In this document: positions 50,022 through 63,024 of the stretch, piece by piece
Position numbering within the stretch: position 1 is the first letter of the stretch
Layout: each line of letters opens with the position of its first letter
DNA from: Argiope bruennichi
Taxonomy: Eukaryota
Assembly: GCF_947563725.1 (NCBI RefSeq)
Contig: NC_079163.1
Location: 54,886,922 to 54,950,921 of the forward strand
Direction: 5' to 3'
DNA length: 64,000 bases
The notes under the pieces: generated by a model
The model's database searches: none
Told to the model about the DNA's origin: nothing
Seen by the model: only the letters and a program-made list of their open reading frames with translations
Position numbers and translations under genes: made by a program

Positions 50022-51564
50022 CCTTTCGGCATCTTCAGAAGTTCAATGACATAGGTGTACCAGTTTGTTTAAAATGATGAGTCCTTAATCAATTGATGCT
50101 ACCCATTGAACTGGTTCGTTTTCTCTACTATTTAATTAGAAAACGCTTTTTATTTGGAAATGTTACGTTATTTTTATTTTAATGATAATCCAAAGAACAC
50201 TTGAGATATTTGTGCATTTTGGTTAATTTTTATATTAAATCATAACAATTATGAATGACAATTATCGATTAAAAAATGTAAAAATATAATAAATCGATGC
50301 TCATAGAGTAAGGAGATGCAAGTTAAGGGGTTAATAATGATATTATTAAGCTTCAGTATGAAAACATTTTTTAAACACCGATTGATTATCTTTCAACACT
50401 TCAGCGAAAATACGTGTATATTGATTGCGGGAACCGAAAAAAAAGTAAAGGAGTTCTCAAATGCTTTACATTTTTTAAAAATCATATATACTCTGGTAGG
50501 ATAACATATTATTCGATATTGTACGATATTATGCGATGTTGCAAATGTAGCTAGATATCATAATATGTTGTCCAGCATTTGCGTGCTATTGTGATTTTAT
50601 AGTACTGAGGTACCTAAAAGCTGAGGAATCGAAAGGCTCACTGGAAGCGTTCAGGTTTAAATAATAATATATGATACTGTATGAAAATAATGTAATAATA
50701 ATGATGAACATATTATATAAATAAATGTTTAATGAGATTTTTCTATTCTGTGCGGTATTAAAACGAAACAAAGATGGGTTTTAAAGCTTCACGAATGTTA
50801 TTTTGGCATATATAAAGTAATTTTTAGTTCTGTCCAAACAATAAAGACAGCACATGAGTCGTCATTCCGTTTCCAAATTTTAACAGTACAGTAGTGGAAG
50901 GCGTTTGATCCAGATAGTAGTTGAAATCCATGAAAAAACGCGCAATTGGGTTTACTCGACATTCTGAAAAAACATAAAAAATAATTTTTTATCAAGCGCA
51001 AATTACTATTTTTTATTCATCTATTTTCACTTTTGTTAAAGTTAAAAAGAAAAACTTTAAAAAAAGTCTAATATTCTTCAGGTATGTGGTTAATTTGTGT
51101 GATCAAAATGAGAGCATACATTTAAATTAAAAAAATCTGTATAATCCATTGATATTTTTAAAAATATTATTCCATACGCACAAAAGGACAGTATTTTAAT
51201 TGTAGAAAGATGTTAAAAATAAAAGAAATGTGACTATATCGTTTTTTGTTGAAGAAATGTAAACGATATTTTACAGCTGCAAATTTCGATCGAAGTATGC
51301 TCCTGAATGACCAACCTTTGTACTGTGAACTATAAACTTTCAAAATAGATGCCACGACTTCTCGCTTCATAGCGAACCCACCCATCACAGGATAATGCGA
51401 CGTTTCATAAAACAGGACGCATTTATCAGTCCAACAAAGTCCTGAATCCGCATATTTATATATCATTTTTCGTACTCCAATGCCTCAACCCCCCCCCACC
51501 TTAATAAATAATATAAATCATATTCAAACCCCAATTCCACTCACGATCCGTCTTCTGTTTGGGC

Positions 51565-51700
51565 CTAGAAGCGTGGAAGCTCAGATAAGAGGAGCTAACT
51601 CAGGTATCGTTCTCGTCGTTCGATCACGGTTTAAAAGTGCGAGGTCCGTTGCTGAAATACCCTCGTTTTACTGGTTAAAACGAAGCAATAACCCACCATT
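51565..51700 (+). mobile_element. SINE-A family fragment (3' body, + orientation, rearranged)
   Basis: cgttctcgtcgttcgatcacggtttaaaagtgcgaggtccgttgctgaaatac matches the minus strand of the 31222-31500 copy (CGTCCTCGTCATCTGACCGCGGTTCAAAATTACGAGGTCCGTCCCAAAATAGCC). ORF 51480-51737(+) is internal and spurious. Confidence 0.4.
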
Positions 51701-53070
51701 CCTAAGATCTAGGATACTTGGGACCTCAGAAGACTGAAGCATCCGAGTTCGTCTCTCAAAGATAAGAGAAATTTATTTTCTGCCACGAAAACACATGGCA
51801 GCTTGTAATCTTAAATGATTGATTTACAAAAGAGGACTCTGATTTGTCAAAGATTTCAGGGGAATTTGGGGAAGGAAATGGATTCGGCTCTCCCTTCCCA
51901 CGATGGGAACCCACTCTAACAAATAAAACACACTCTTCCACTATTCTATTAATAAGATGGAATGGATGAAAATTTTATAGAGATATTCGGGTGATCGCCG
52001 GACATTTCAGGTACTACAATATTGAAAGCGCTAATGTAACTAAAGGAATATTTTATCCATAAAGTATTGGATATGTATAAACGAAATCAAATAAAACTCA
52101 ATATCTGCTGCATATCCAGAGAGTAAAATATAATCTACGCTGAATTAACCGTGGTAAAATTTTCTTTGCTGATTTGTATAATTTATTACAGTATAATTGT
52201 GTAATTCAGTATAAAAATACTAAAATTTAAGACACTAGAGAGTTATGAATTGAATCATGCATAAGGAAACATCCATTCTCTGAGAAATCATACATGTGTA
52301 CAAAATTATGTTACAAAATCATCATAAAAAGTAAAAATATACAGCTTCACGAAGTACATATTCATCTCCATATACTAACAACAAGTAAAGAAACCTAGAT
52401 GATACTATGATTGTATTCTCAAATCATAAAATTAAAATAGTTCTTATTTGTTTTAAAAGTAAAAAATTAAGCAAGTGAAAATCTTGTATTTTGTGGATAT
52501 TTAATCTTATAATTAGAGAAAAAAATCTAAATATACTCTAACGTGAAAATGATAATAAGTGAAATTAAAGTTTTTTATCATTCATAATTTTTTGCACTCG
52601 GCATTCATAATTTTTTAGTTTATATAACAAAATGGATATTCTGAAAGTTTTTAAAATCGACATCGGTAAATATTAGAGATATGCCTTAGCAGTGCTCATA
52701 ACATTCATACATAAAATAATGGCTAAACGTGAACACAAACTGATTTAGAAATAAATCCTACGAAAAAATTATATATGTTCATTAACTTTCATCCCCAATA
52801 TGTTATTGTATCAAAATTCAGTATCCTACCCTTGAATCTGTTTGTTTATAAGGTCATAATTTTTTGTTTCCTTTTCTTCTCGGAGGATTGGGGGTAATTT
52901 TTGTTTGAATAAAGATGAATCTCTTTAATAAAGCTCTTAATAAAAGAATCATTTAAAAAAATATTTAATTTTCTCGTATACGAAGTACAAAAGAAGTATA
53001 ATCGTCAAAAAATTCGAACTCGAGATTTTTACGCATCTCCACGTTTCACACCTCCCTAGGTTAGAAAAAT

Positions 53071-53540
53071 ATCTATCTGTCTGTATATATATATCTATCT
53101 GTCAGTCAGTCTATCTGTGCGCTTGTAAAAACAATAACTCAAAAACACTTTGAGCTAAACTGATGAAATACTGTATACGGATTAGTGTCCAAATTTGTAT
53201 TTTCTGGTAAATTTTCAGCAAAATCCATTTATATAAAATCTATCTGTCTGGCTGCTCGATTACAAGTGAACTTGATAACTCCAAAATGCAAAGAGCTAGA
53301 TAGATAAGATTTGGTGCACAGTTTAATGATCTAAAATATACATTCTCTTCAAATTTTGAGCCAAGCGGTTTACCATTTTTTTTTTTTTTTTTGTCTGCAC
53401 TTTCGCTTGCATGTCAGCACAATAACTCATTAATAGAATGTCTCAAATCAATGAAATTCAGTATGGCTACGGCTGTAGTTTTGTGTCAAATTTTGGTTTT
53501 ATCGGTTGTCTAAAGGATGTTCAAAATACATATTCGCATG
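53071..53540 (+). repeat. Interspersed repeat family E, copy 3 (both sub-units, separated by a T17 tract)
   Basis: atctatctgtctg...ctgtgcgcttgtaaaaacaataactcaaaaacactttgagctaaactgatgaaatactgtatacgg...tcaaattttggtttcatcggttgtctaaaggatgttcaaaatacatattc aligns to copy 1. Confidence 0.7.
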
Positions 53541-54599
53541 GTAGATTCAGTAAAAATGTTATATTCACACCATAGATCTATATTTCGTAACTATTCTTCG
53601 TTAATACCATGCAAAGCATTCACGGCCTTATTCAAGGTCAATAATTTTTTGAGGGGGATAAGACTAATTGGAGAGTCTGCGAGATAATTTCGAGGAGACA
53701 TATTTCCTTCCTGGCATATTTCCAGCAATACATGATCCTTTGTATAGAACATCTTCTGTTTATATTTTGTTGAAATATTAGAAAATATATTTGTATAGGA
53801 CGAAAAACTAGATTAACACATTCAACAAACAATCTTTTTTAGGCGTATATGTCATAAATAATTGTAGAGGGAAAGTTTGTATAATTCAAATAAAAGTGGA
53901 AGAAAATGTAACTGATGAGAGCTTTCCATAAGATGTCATGGGTTTGGGTTAAAAAGCAATCGAAGATAAGGGAATTTAAAATTGGTTTTTAGCAAATAAC
54001 TTTTAAGTTATTGTAGCTCTTGAAAAACTTGCCAAAAATTCTTTATTATAATGAGGCGAATACTCTCCTCTTTCGAACTTTCTATCTTCGATTGTAAAGA
54101 TGTTAAAGAGAAATGCAAAATTTCCCCTACTGCTAACACCATTTTCATTTCATATGAGATGGTTGGCCTATCTATAAACTTGGTTGAGAGTTCCGAGAGA
54201 AAACCGATGTAATCTACTTAAAAACGGATAGGCTATTCAGGATATTGTTGAAAACCCGAGTGAAATTTTTATTACATATTTCGATCACTCAGGCTAACAA
54301 CTGTTAGGGAGAGCTTGGCTAAAGAACAAGAAATCTCTTTCCCCTTACAGTTGTAAAATGCAAATAGTAAAGCACAATGCATTTTACTTCTTTAGAACAT
54401 TTTAATTTTTGTTTCTTCCGCATCATTATCAGTGGTTTTAACATAATTGAAAATAATTATCAATTAAGATTAAAGACACTACAACAAACATACCTCGAAT
54501 TATAAAAGAAAATTAAACCCACCCTAGCCATTTTGCTTATCTTATCATATTAACAATTAATTTCATCGATCATTCAAAATGATTCTAATTTTTATTGCA

Positions 54600-55090
54600 A
54601 ATTTGTAATATTGCTTACCTGCGCAGGAAATCTCGTGGTAAGGAAGATAGTTTTACAAAAACAATGGCTGCAAAATGGACATCGAGTGCATGATAATCGT
54701 CTTGACTATTTGGCGACAAATTTAGTGACTCCGGCAACAAAAAGGAATGACTCAATATCTTCGAGAATCTTGGTGATAGCTTCATTAGAACTTGAATTCG
54801 CTTATGTTTTAGAACATCCTATGCTCTCTTACAAATCTATAAAATCTCGAGGTACAGAGTCGGAAGTGAGCCAGTCAAGAGACGTGATTAGTTGAGCGAA
54901 GCCATTCTTTGGGATCCTTATCTTCAGCGAATTCTCGTTGAGCGTTTTGTGCTGTTAACGGTTCTTTATTATCTATTTGCTGCTTTTGGGCTGCTGTTTA
55001 CTATAAGTTTGTGTATGCTTCAGCAGTGCTTTGTTACTTGTGTTTCAAATTTTCATGTAAAATAAAGCGTCTTTATCCGTTATTGAACTT
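54600..55090. other. Unique, GC-richer, non-repetitive block ending in AATAAA (55062-55067); candidate UTR exon or non-coding transcript, strand unresolved
   Basis: Composition contrasts with the flanks. The ORF 54611-54895(+) starts at TTG and has no recognisable features. The minus strand holds only a 30-codon frame (...KILEDIESFLFVAGVTKFVAK*). A + strand AG at 54625-54626 is followed by sequence with GC-balanced composition. Confidence 0.2.
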
Positions 55091-58000
55091 GTTAAGACTT
55101 TTTCACCATACATCCATCGGATTTGGATTTTCCGTTACGATATTTTGTGATGAGCTTAGTTCACCCCATCTTTTGTTGAACCCAAAATGATACTTCCTAT
55201 TTCCCTTTTGCTATCTATTCTTATTTCCCATAATTATTTTTGCTTTTTTTTTTTTTCATTTTATCACTTTCCTCTTCCTGAAATAGGACGTTTACGGTAA
55301 AGAAATAAGGTTTAGGTATATTTCATCTCTGTGGCAAATCCAGTTTTGGGAACAAATATTAAGATTGAAACATTGGAAAACAAATATTAATTATACAACT
55401 ATTATTAACATTATAACAAAATTATCGTGAAATTATGAAATTTTATCAAGAAATCTATAATTTATTTCATTTTTAGTTTCTTCGAGTTTCAGTGCAGAGT
55501 AATTGTTTTGTGCATCAATCCTCCAAATGAGTCACTAGATTTTTCTTGCAGTTAAATTCACCCTGTAAACAAAAAACAGAATATTTCTATATTTAATAAA
55601 TATTAATTCAAAATATTTTGAAAAACAGTTTTAAATGCTAAATAATCTAATTCATAAATAGAATATTAATTTTATTGGAATTTTAAAAACATTAGCAGCT
55701 ATTTTAAAATTGTAACTAATCCACTTTATATAAGGTAAATGTTAAGATACCTTTCAAAAGAATTGGCAAACACTATTTTAATATTTTTTCACTTTAATTC
55801 CGGAAATTTAAAAAGATAAAGCTCTTTTATTTTTTATCAAAGATAAATTTTTGAATATCGCGGAGTGTTTTGAAAAGTTAATCCGTTTAAGCAAAATATG
55901 CTTATGAAATATGCTTTATATGAATTTTCCATCTAATAAACTTCTACTCGACGAGTTTAATGCCTTTTACACCCACTAAAATACAACAAACAGTATACTT
56001 TACATATATTTAAACCTATCTCTTGTTTTCGCTGCTCGCTTGACAGAGGATTGTAGAGGGAAAAAATGCTTCTTTAAAACAAATAAGATAATCCGGTGCT
56101 TCACTTTTGAAGATAACATCGTATCGGAAAGCGTATCTCGCTTCAAAAGAGTAGTTCGTGCAATTGCTAGTTATTATTTTAATTCATCGATATTTTGAGT
56201 CTTCATTCAGGGAATTAGAACTCCAAAATACCTGTTAGGATTTTAAAGTTTTGCAAAAAGTTTTGTTTATTATCATCATTCTTCAAATTTCTTTTTTTTT
56301 TTCCTCTCTTTATTTTTATTTACATATATTTACTTGTTACTGTTTCAAATTTTACAAATAATCAGAATTTTATTAAGTTTGCAAAATGATTAGAAGCTCT
56401 CGATTATTGTAATTAGCCTTGATAATTGAATTTAATTTGGTAATATTTATTCGTGGATTCAATAAAATGGCTATAATTTGGTTATAGCTTTAATAATTAA
56501 TAAGTATTGGTGCAATTCCTGTTTTGGGTTGGTAAGTGCGTGTGGATTTCGGTGTAATATACAGATATTCGCCTTAAGGCTTAGAACAAACGAAAAATTT
56601 TAAACAATATATTAAGTATTGAAAGATAAAGATATTACGGAAATACCAAAAAATATATATTATGGAAGCTTACTTTCCATTTTTAAATGTAAAGCTTCTA
56701 TACGTAAAAAAATCCTTATAGATCGAACTTTTTTCAAGAATCTTGCAATTCAAACCCTAGTTTCTTTATATCGAATACAATTTCTATATATCGAATTAAA
56801 ATTTTCCATAAAAAAATTATATATTCATATAGAAGTGAAAAAGGAATCACTCATTTCGTGCATAAGAAAAAATGTAAATTAATGAAGAAAACCGTTTCAT
56901 CAGTTATTACTGCAATAGATATTCTCGGAATAGTGAAAGGTTGATCTATTTCCTAACTTGAAACCAAGATTTTCTTTAAATTCAGTTCAATTTTAAACTT
57001 TTTATAGACTACATCACTTTTAAACAGAAATCGTTAAGAGTAAATGAGAAATTCAGCTTAATAAAAAGACATAGAAAGTGGCAGGGAAAATAAAAAACAG
57101 CAAAAATCACAAGAATTTTTTTAAGTACAATGACGTTCGAATGTTTGAAATTATTATTAGAATGTTATTAGAATGTTTGAAAATGTTGGAGGAGATAAGA
57201 AATGATTTAAATCTGTTACATTAGATAAGATCAGCGAGATAATACCGAAATGAGTAAAAGTGGTGTGAGACGAGCTATAACGTACGTGTGAATGGCCTAA
57301 AAAGAAATAATAAAGAGACTGAATATGCTATAATTGAGGGAATTTCAACTTCAAAGCCAGCTCTGGATGGTTTGATAAATTCAAAAAGTTTCACTTTAAT
57401 AAAAGGTAATATCCGGTGAAAGTCCTTGCTTTTCAGAGCCCTCAATGTTCTCAATGGCAAAACATACTTCTGAAGAGCATTTCCAATGTACTTAACGCGG
57501 AAGGATCGGCATCAGGCCTCCGAGACCGAGAGATTTAAAAATATATCACCAAAATTCTATTTTTCCATGGAAATCCATCTTCATAGTTGCTGCATTAAAA
57601 ATCATTTGGAAGGTGAACAAAAGCAACTCAGCAATTTGTCTTATTATTATTATTTTCTTAACCTTAAAAATCACATGTCTGGGACTCTGAAACCCGATAA
57701 GCGAGTTCACTTTTCAGTATTAGATTTCTTAGAAAAAAGTTTGCAAATAAATTTTATTTCGAATTTAGTAATATAATTTTTATTATGAATAAATAATGAT
57801 TTAAGTATGACCAATTAAGTATGACATTATTTTCTCAGTTCTCAAAATCGAAAACTTCTTAAAATTATTTTCCACAATTACTGCTTCAAATATTTTTAAA
57901 CGTGGAATATTAAATGTGGTAATTAAGTAAAAACTATTTTTTTTTTATATATTGTGCTTTCAGATAACTAACGTTTTCCGTAACCCAAATGTAATCTTCT

Positions 58001-58189
58001 TTGTGTTTATTTAAAAAAGTTATACGGACCTACATAGCCCGATGCGCGTCCTCAAATAAATAAAAAAAAGCGCGTCTTCGCGGGTTAATGTAGATGAAGT
58101 TGTTGGTTTTCTACTCTTTACCTATTGAAACTCTTACATTCAAAGATCATAAATGTTTTCGAAGAAAACATAGTAATAGAATCAAGATT

Positions 58190-58545
58190 GTTGAGGCTAT
58201 AGTAATATTATAATATAATAATGGGATCACGGTTTGCGCAAATATGATCAGTATGGAGAATTATAAGATCTTGTGGTAAGAAAATGTAAACTGTTGCATT
58301 GTTTCAAAAACATAAAACCACTTAAAGTTAATTATGATGATATTAACAAAAAATTTATAGATGACTGGAGAAATTTCCAAAAAAAGAGAGTGGAAATTTC
58401 TAAATTTGAAAAAAGAAAAGTGATTCTTTTTGTGTACAGTTGCCTGGTCCATCCAACCTCAGCTCAACAAAAATTAACTAATGTTAAGCTCGTTTTCTTT
58501 CCATCTGATATGACTGCGAAATTACAGCACCATGAGCACCATAGA
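58190..58545 (+). pseudogene. Decayed pogo/Tigger-type (CENP-B-like) DDE transposase remnant
   Basis: The frame at 58273-58548 reads ...RKVILFVYSCLVHPTSAQQKLTNVKLVFFPSDMTAKLQ..., matching the family signature (K)VLLLLDN.S.H.....L.NV.VVFLPPNTTSxLQP(x)DQG. The catalytic D of the LLLDN motif is mutated and the LQP..DQG tail is corrupted. Upstream, GITVCANM...K resembles the ITVLLCAN.DGSEK motif but is truncated and interrupted by stops. Confidence 0.5.
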
Positions 58546-59050
58546 TAATTCAAAATTTGAAAGTATATAACAAAAATAAAAACAAATTCTCAAAAGCTTC
58601 ATCTTTGCATTTAATAATGACAATCTTGCAAAAAAAGAAATTAGTTTCCGATTTAGTTTAAGCACATTAGGTAGAATTTAGGACAATAATGTCTTACTCA
58701 CCAAAATAAATACTGTAACTTGTTTCGTAGAAAAAATTTGAGAGGAAAAAAAAAGATTAGATGCAAACGAATATTAAATGAAAGAATCTTGGAAGCAACT
58801 CATTTCATTAGAACAAATAAATGATGGTATTAAATTTGAGAAATTTTTTCACCTATACGAGCAGTCATATTGTTGCTGATTACTGATGAGGATCATTGAT
58901 GGTTATTGGAAAACCATTGCTTAGATCAAGATAAACTTATAAATGATGATGATAATAAAGATTAATTAATTAAAAAAATAAGTTGTTGTTTCTAATGGCA
59001 CTTGTCAGAGACAAGCCCTTTTGAATTTAGAAGTCAGTGATTTTAAGGCA

Positions 59051-59374
59051 AGGCTGTGTCTCTAGTTTTATCAGTAGTGCCATCTAGGACCAAGAGTACG
59101 ACTTAGCTACACACACGTCATAACCCGTTTTACGGGGCAGACTTCATTCATGCATTTCATTCACAGATCGTAATTTAGACCTGAACCAGAGAACGATCAC
59201 CCTTGATCCAGTATCCCCAGTGGTATTATTGTCGACATGGAGGACTTTGGGACCACGACAAATTTATACGTGAGTCAGCTACCACACACACGGAGAGTCT
59301 TTGGCCGGCGGGATCTGAGCTCGTAACCCAAGAGACGCGAATCCAACGCCCTACCAACCAGGCTATCCCAGCCC
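59051..59374 (-). mobile_element. SINE-B family copy (tRNA-derived head GGGCTGGGATAGCCTGGTTGGTAGGGCG...GGGTTACGAGC; followed by A6 on the + strand)
   Basis: The tail (...tgtgaatgaaatgcatgaatgaagtctgccccgtaaaacgggttatgacgtgtgtgtagctaagtcgtactcttggtcctagatggcac) is homologous to the 11601 copy. ORF 59203-59427(+) is internal and spurious. Confidence 0.65.
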
Positions 59375-61199
59375 AAAAAATAAGTAATAATTGTATGCCA
59401 AAGTGTCTTAGAAAGCTTAAGATTTAATTCCCAACGTTCCTGAAGAAATTAAAGCAAATGAGCATTATTAGTTATTATTTTGAAATAGTTTCAGTAAAAA
59501 ATTATGCTCAAACAGACAGTAAAGACAATTTTGCTCAAAAATAAATAACCTATTTTGTATATGAATATACATTTTTCAGTAGTATTTGTAATCAAATTTG
59601 CAAATTACGTTTATATTGTACATCTTTAAATACTTTTCTTTGAAAATTTAATTTTTAATTCTTCTTTAATCCCCAAAAAATTAACTTTGAGTAACTGCTT
59701 TTTTAATAAAACGTTGAAAAATTAGCAAGACGTGTTTCTATATATCAAAATTACCCGGTGTCGATTTTTTTTCCCAGACACCAATTTCAAAATATAGAGT
59801 ATTTGACTGCATCTATAAAATTTTATAAATTTAATTTTAAAAAACGCCTTATTAGAATTAATCTTTTTAAAAATTGTCTAAGACACACTTGTTGACCATT
59901 TAGATAAAAGGTTTTAAAAGCAATTAGAACAATTACATACTTCGGAAATTACATTTTTCCATATTCATATGTTAGCTACATAAACAAGTAAACATACAGA
60001 TATTGTTTATGTAGATGTATATTAAAGAAGTAGATATCAGTGGCATAATAAGGATGTGTGACGTCCGGAACATGATATTATTTTTTTCATTGTCATTTAA
60101 ATCGTGAATTAAATGATGGAATATTTTTCCTCCATCGTGCCCTCTAAGACTGAATGGCAAGGCATTTCATCCAGTTAAGGATATCACGGTCTCGGCAACA
60201 CTGCCATGGTAATCTTAAAAGAATAATCTGACAAAAAGTTTGGAGCAAATAAATTTTTAAAAATAAAAACGATTTAAAAGCATTATATAAACCGTAAATA
60301 AATCTATACAGCTTCATAAAACTCAATTTTTAAGCTAAAATACATTTCTCCCTTATCACCACGTACATAACTATTTTGACCTCAATTTTTTCGTTTTGCA
60401 ATGTCTTCAACAAATCATATAATCTTGAGTTACTATTTTATAAGATTCTTATTCAAATTCTCTGTTAAAAAAAGAAAAGAGTCGTTGCCAGGCTTACAAT
60501 AAATGGTAAGAATTTTATTCATAAATAATTAAAAGCACCATTTTTACTTTAAAATATTTTTTTGTAATTTTTGTAATTTTTAATTTTTTAATTGCAATTT
60601 TACTGAATTTCAAAACTTCAAGTCAAGACTCAATAATTTATTTTTCTACGTTCTTGTGATTTATCATGCATAATTTTCAAATGCAAAGGTTAAATTCTAT
60701 CTCTGTAACGGACCATGGATCTGTACCCCATATACACACACATATTCATGGTTAAAACTTGTATTGTATTTGTAAAAAAAATTTTGCACTGGTTTTATTT
60801 GTTATTGTAGCACCAGTAGTCAGTATAAATCTTACTGATCTCATCGGCAATTTTATGAAGTCGTTCTGAAAAATATTTCTATTTCTTGGAAATAGGAAAT
60901 GTTTCAATCACGACATCCTTTGATTATGTTTTTAAAGCAAATTCTAAAAAAATTCCCTATATCGATTTCATTAAAAATATGCGTAATAATTATTTTGAGA
61001 AATAAAAAAATTCAGAACTATTTTAGTAATAAGTATTTCATTATTTATATCCTAAATCATTTGTAAAATGAAATTTCTTACTCTAATAATAAATATACAA
61101 ATAATTACACTCAAAGAATTAATAATGAAAAGAATTAAGAAGAAGAATTGCATTTTCAATGCGTCATTAGTAACTAATTTGCCGACGTCACTGTTGAAA

Positions 61200-61843
61200 T
61201 TTAAATAAGCCATTTATAATGTCAATGTAACTCTTATAGGAGCTGTTGTATGAACATCCTTTATTTGCTTTTTAAGGATTGGATATTGTGTTATTATCTG
61301 TCTTCCTGCGATGACTCAGTCTTTCATTTTGAAATGCTGGGATACTCCATTGTGTTCAAAACCCTTTGAATGTTAGATCAAGAGAAGCCATATATTGCTT
61401 AAACGTTTCATCTAAGAAGCCTTCTCTGATTAGAATTATATCTGAGCTCAAAATCGTTCAGCCAAGAGTTTGGGATACTCTGTACACTTCCGTGAATCTG
61501 AATTAGTGAAGTAAATAACTTGGCTTATTGCAGTATCACATTATGCTTCTGTATCTGAATAGTTGAAGCCTTAAGGACAAGATTTGCTAGAGGCTGCGTC
61601 AGTATTTTTATGGAGTTAGCCCTTTTTAACGTATGTGGCATCGTATTCTTGGAAATGTTTTATTCATGTAGTGGCATGAGCTTCGTATTTTGAAATTTGA
61701 AAATCAATTCAATAAACGTTGTTCAAATTGTCACTCTATCACGATACCAGGTGCGGATGTTTTCTGTTTCTTTGCAAAGCTATATAAAGCCGTTGAATTT
61801 TCGCATTCTAGTTCAATTTCTGCAAAAAAAAAAAAAAAAAAAA
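61200..61843 (+). mobile_element. Poly(A)-tailed retroposed sequence (A20 at 61824-61843), unclassified
   Basis: A block of about 600 bp of GC-balanced non-coding sequence with internal imperfect repeats (gggatactccattgtgttcaaaaccctttgaatg / gggatactctgtacacttccgtgaatctgaat) ends in a pure A20 run. Confidence 0.3.
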
Positions 61844-63024
61844 GTGGAGATGAAATTGGTAAATAATCTATGGCAAAATAGAAGAAAAACATTCGAGAAC
61901 AGCTCCAAACATGTGTTCTCTAATGCATCATTGATTTTTAGTGATTAATATATGAAAATTTATTGTAATACTGATTATTTCAGTGGTAAGAAAAGTTTTG
62001 TTTTAAAAAATTATAGAATGCTACTTCGTGAAAATACATCCATTTTCCATGAAAAGCCCTGTATAATTTTCATGTACTGTTAGTTTTATTACTTAAATTT
62101 TTTTTCTATAAATCCAATTAATTAACTTTCTGTATAAATGTACTAGCGTTGCATGATCATAAATGGATACAGCTTTATATCGCTTTAAGGCATGGATATA
62201 TAGCAATAAATGTCCAAAATAAGTAATATTAATATAAACAAAAGCCATTGTATGTATATATGTATGTTCAACATATCTTCCTAAATTATTGAGCCAATTT
62301 TAATCGAACTTTGCATAACTATTCGTTAAGGTAAGAGAAAGTATATTGTCAGTTTTTCAAAGTTCAAAAGCTAATTAATTGTTCAATTAATTAGAAATAA
62401 ACCGTAATGTTATCGTTTTTCTGAAGTAATCTCGGAACAATTATTCTAACAAGAAACATTTTAATACTTTATTGAAAGTCATAATTTTACCATTTCAATG
62501 ATATCTATTTAACTTTTGCATGACATTTCTTTCAATTGATATCGAATTTTTTTAAAAAACACGAATTTTTCCCGAAGGATTTTTTTTATTTCTGTTTTAT
62601 TTTAATACTAGCCGCCTTTGGCGACCAGCCGGTTCGGGAATCTTAATGTTCGTTAAAATTTTTATAATTAAATATTTTATGCAATTCTTACTTTAATAGC
62701 TTCTTCATCAAAATATTTTAAAACTTCAAATTTTGATAGACATATAATTAATTCAATCATAATATTATATAGGCCTTCAGTCATAACGTAATATGTATAT
62801 CTCTAATTTTCTCTTAGCTCCCGTAGAATTTATACTTTAAATTAAAGTGGAAAGGATTAAACTGCAATTAATATAATAATATTTTTTACAGAACAAAATA
62901 ATTTTTTGTAATATGATTACTGAAAACAGAGTTACTGAGAGTTTAAACTTCATGGGCACTAAAAAATATCCTTCTTAATTTATGTAATATTTCAAGAATT
63001 TGTCAGCAAAATTTTCTCATATTC

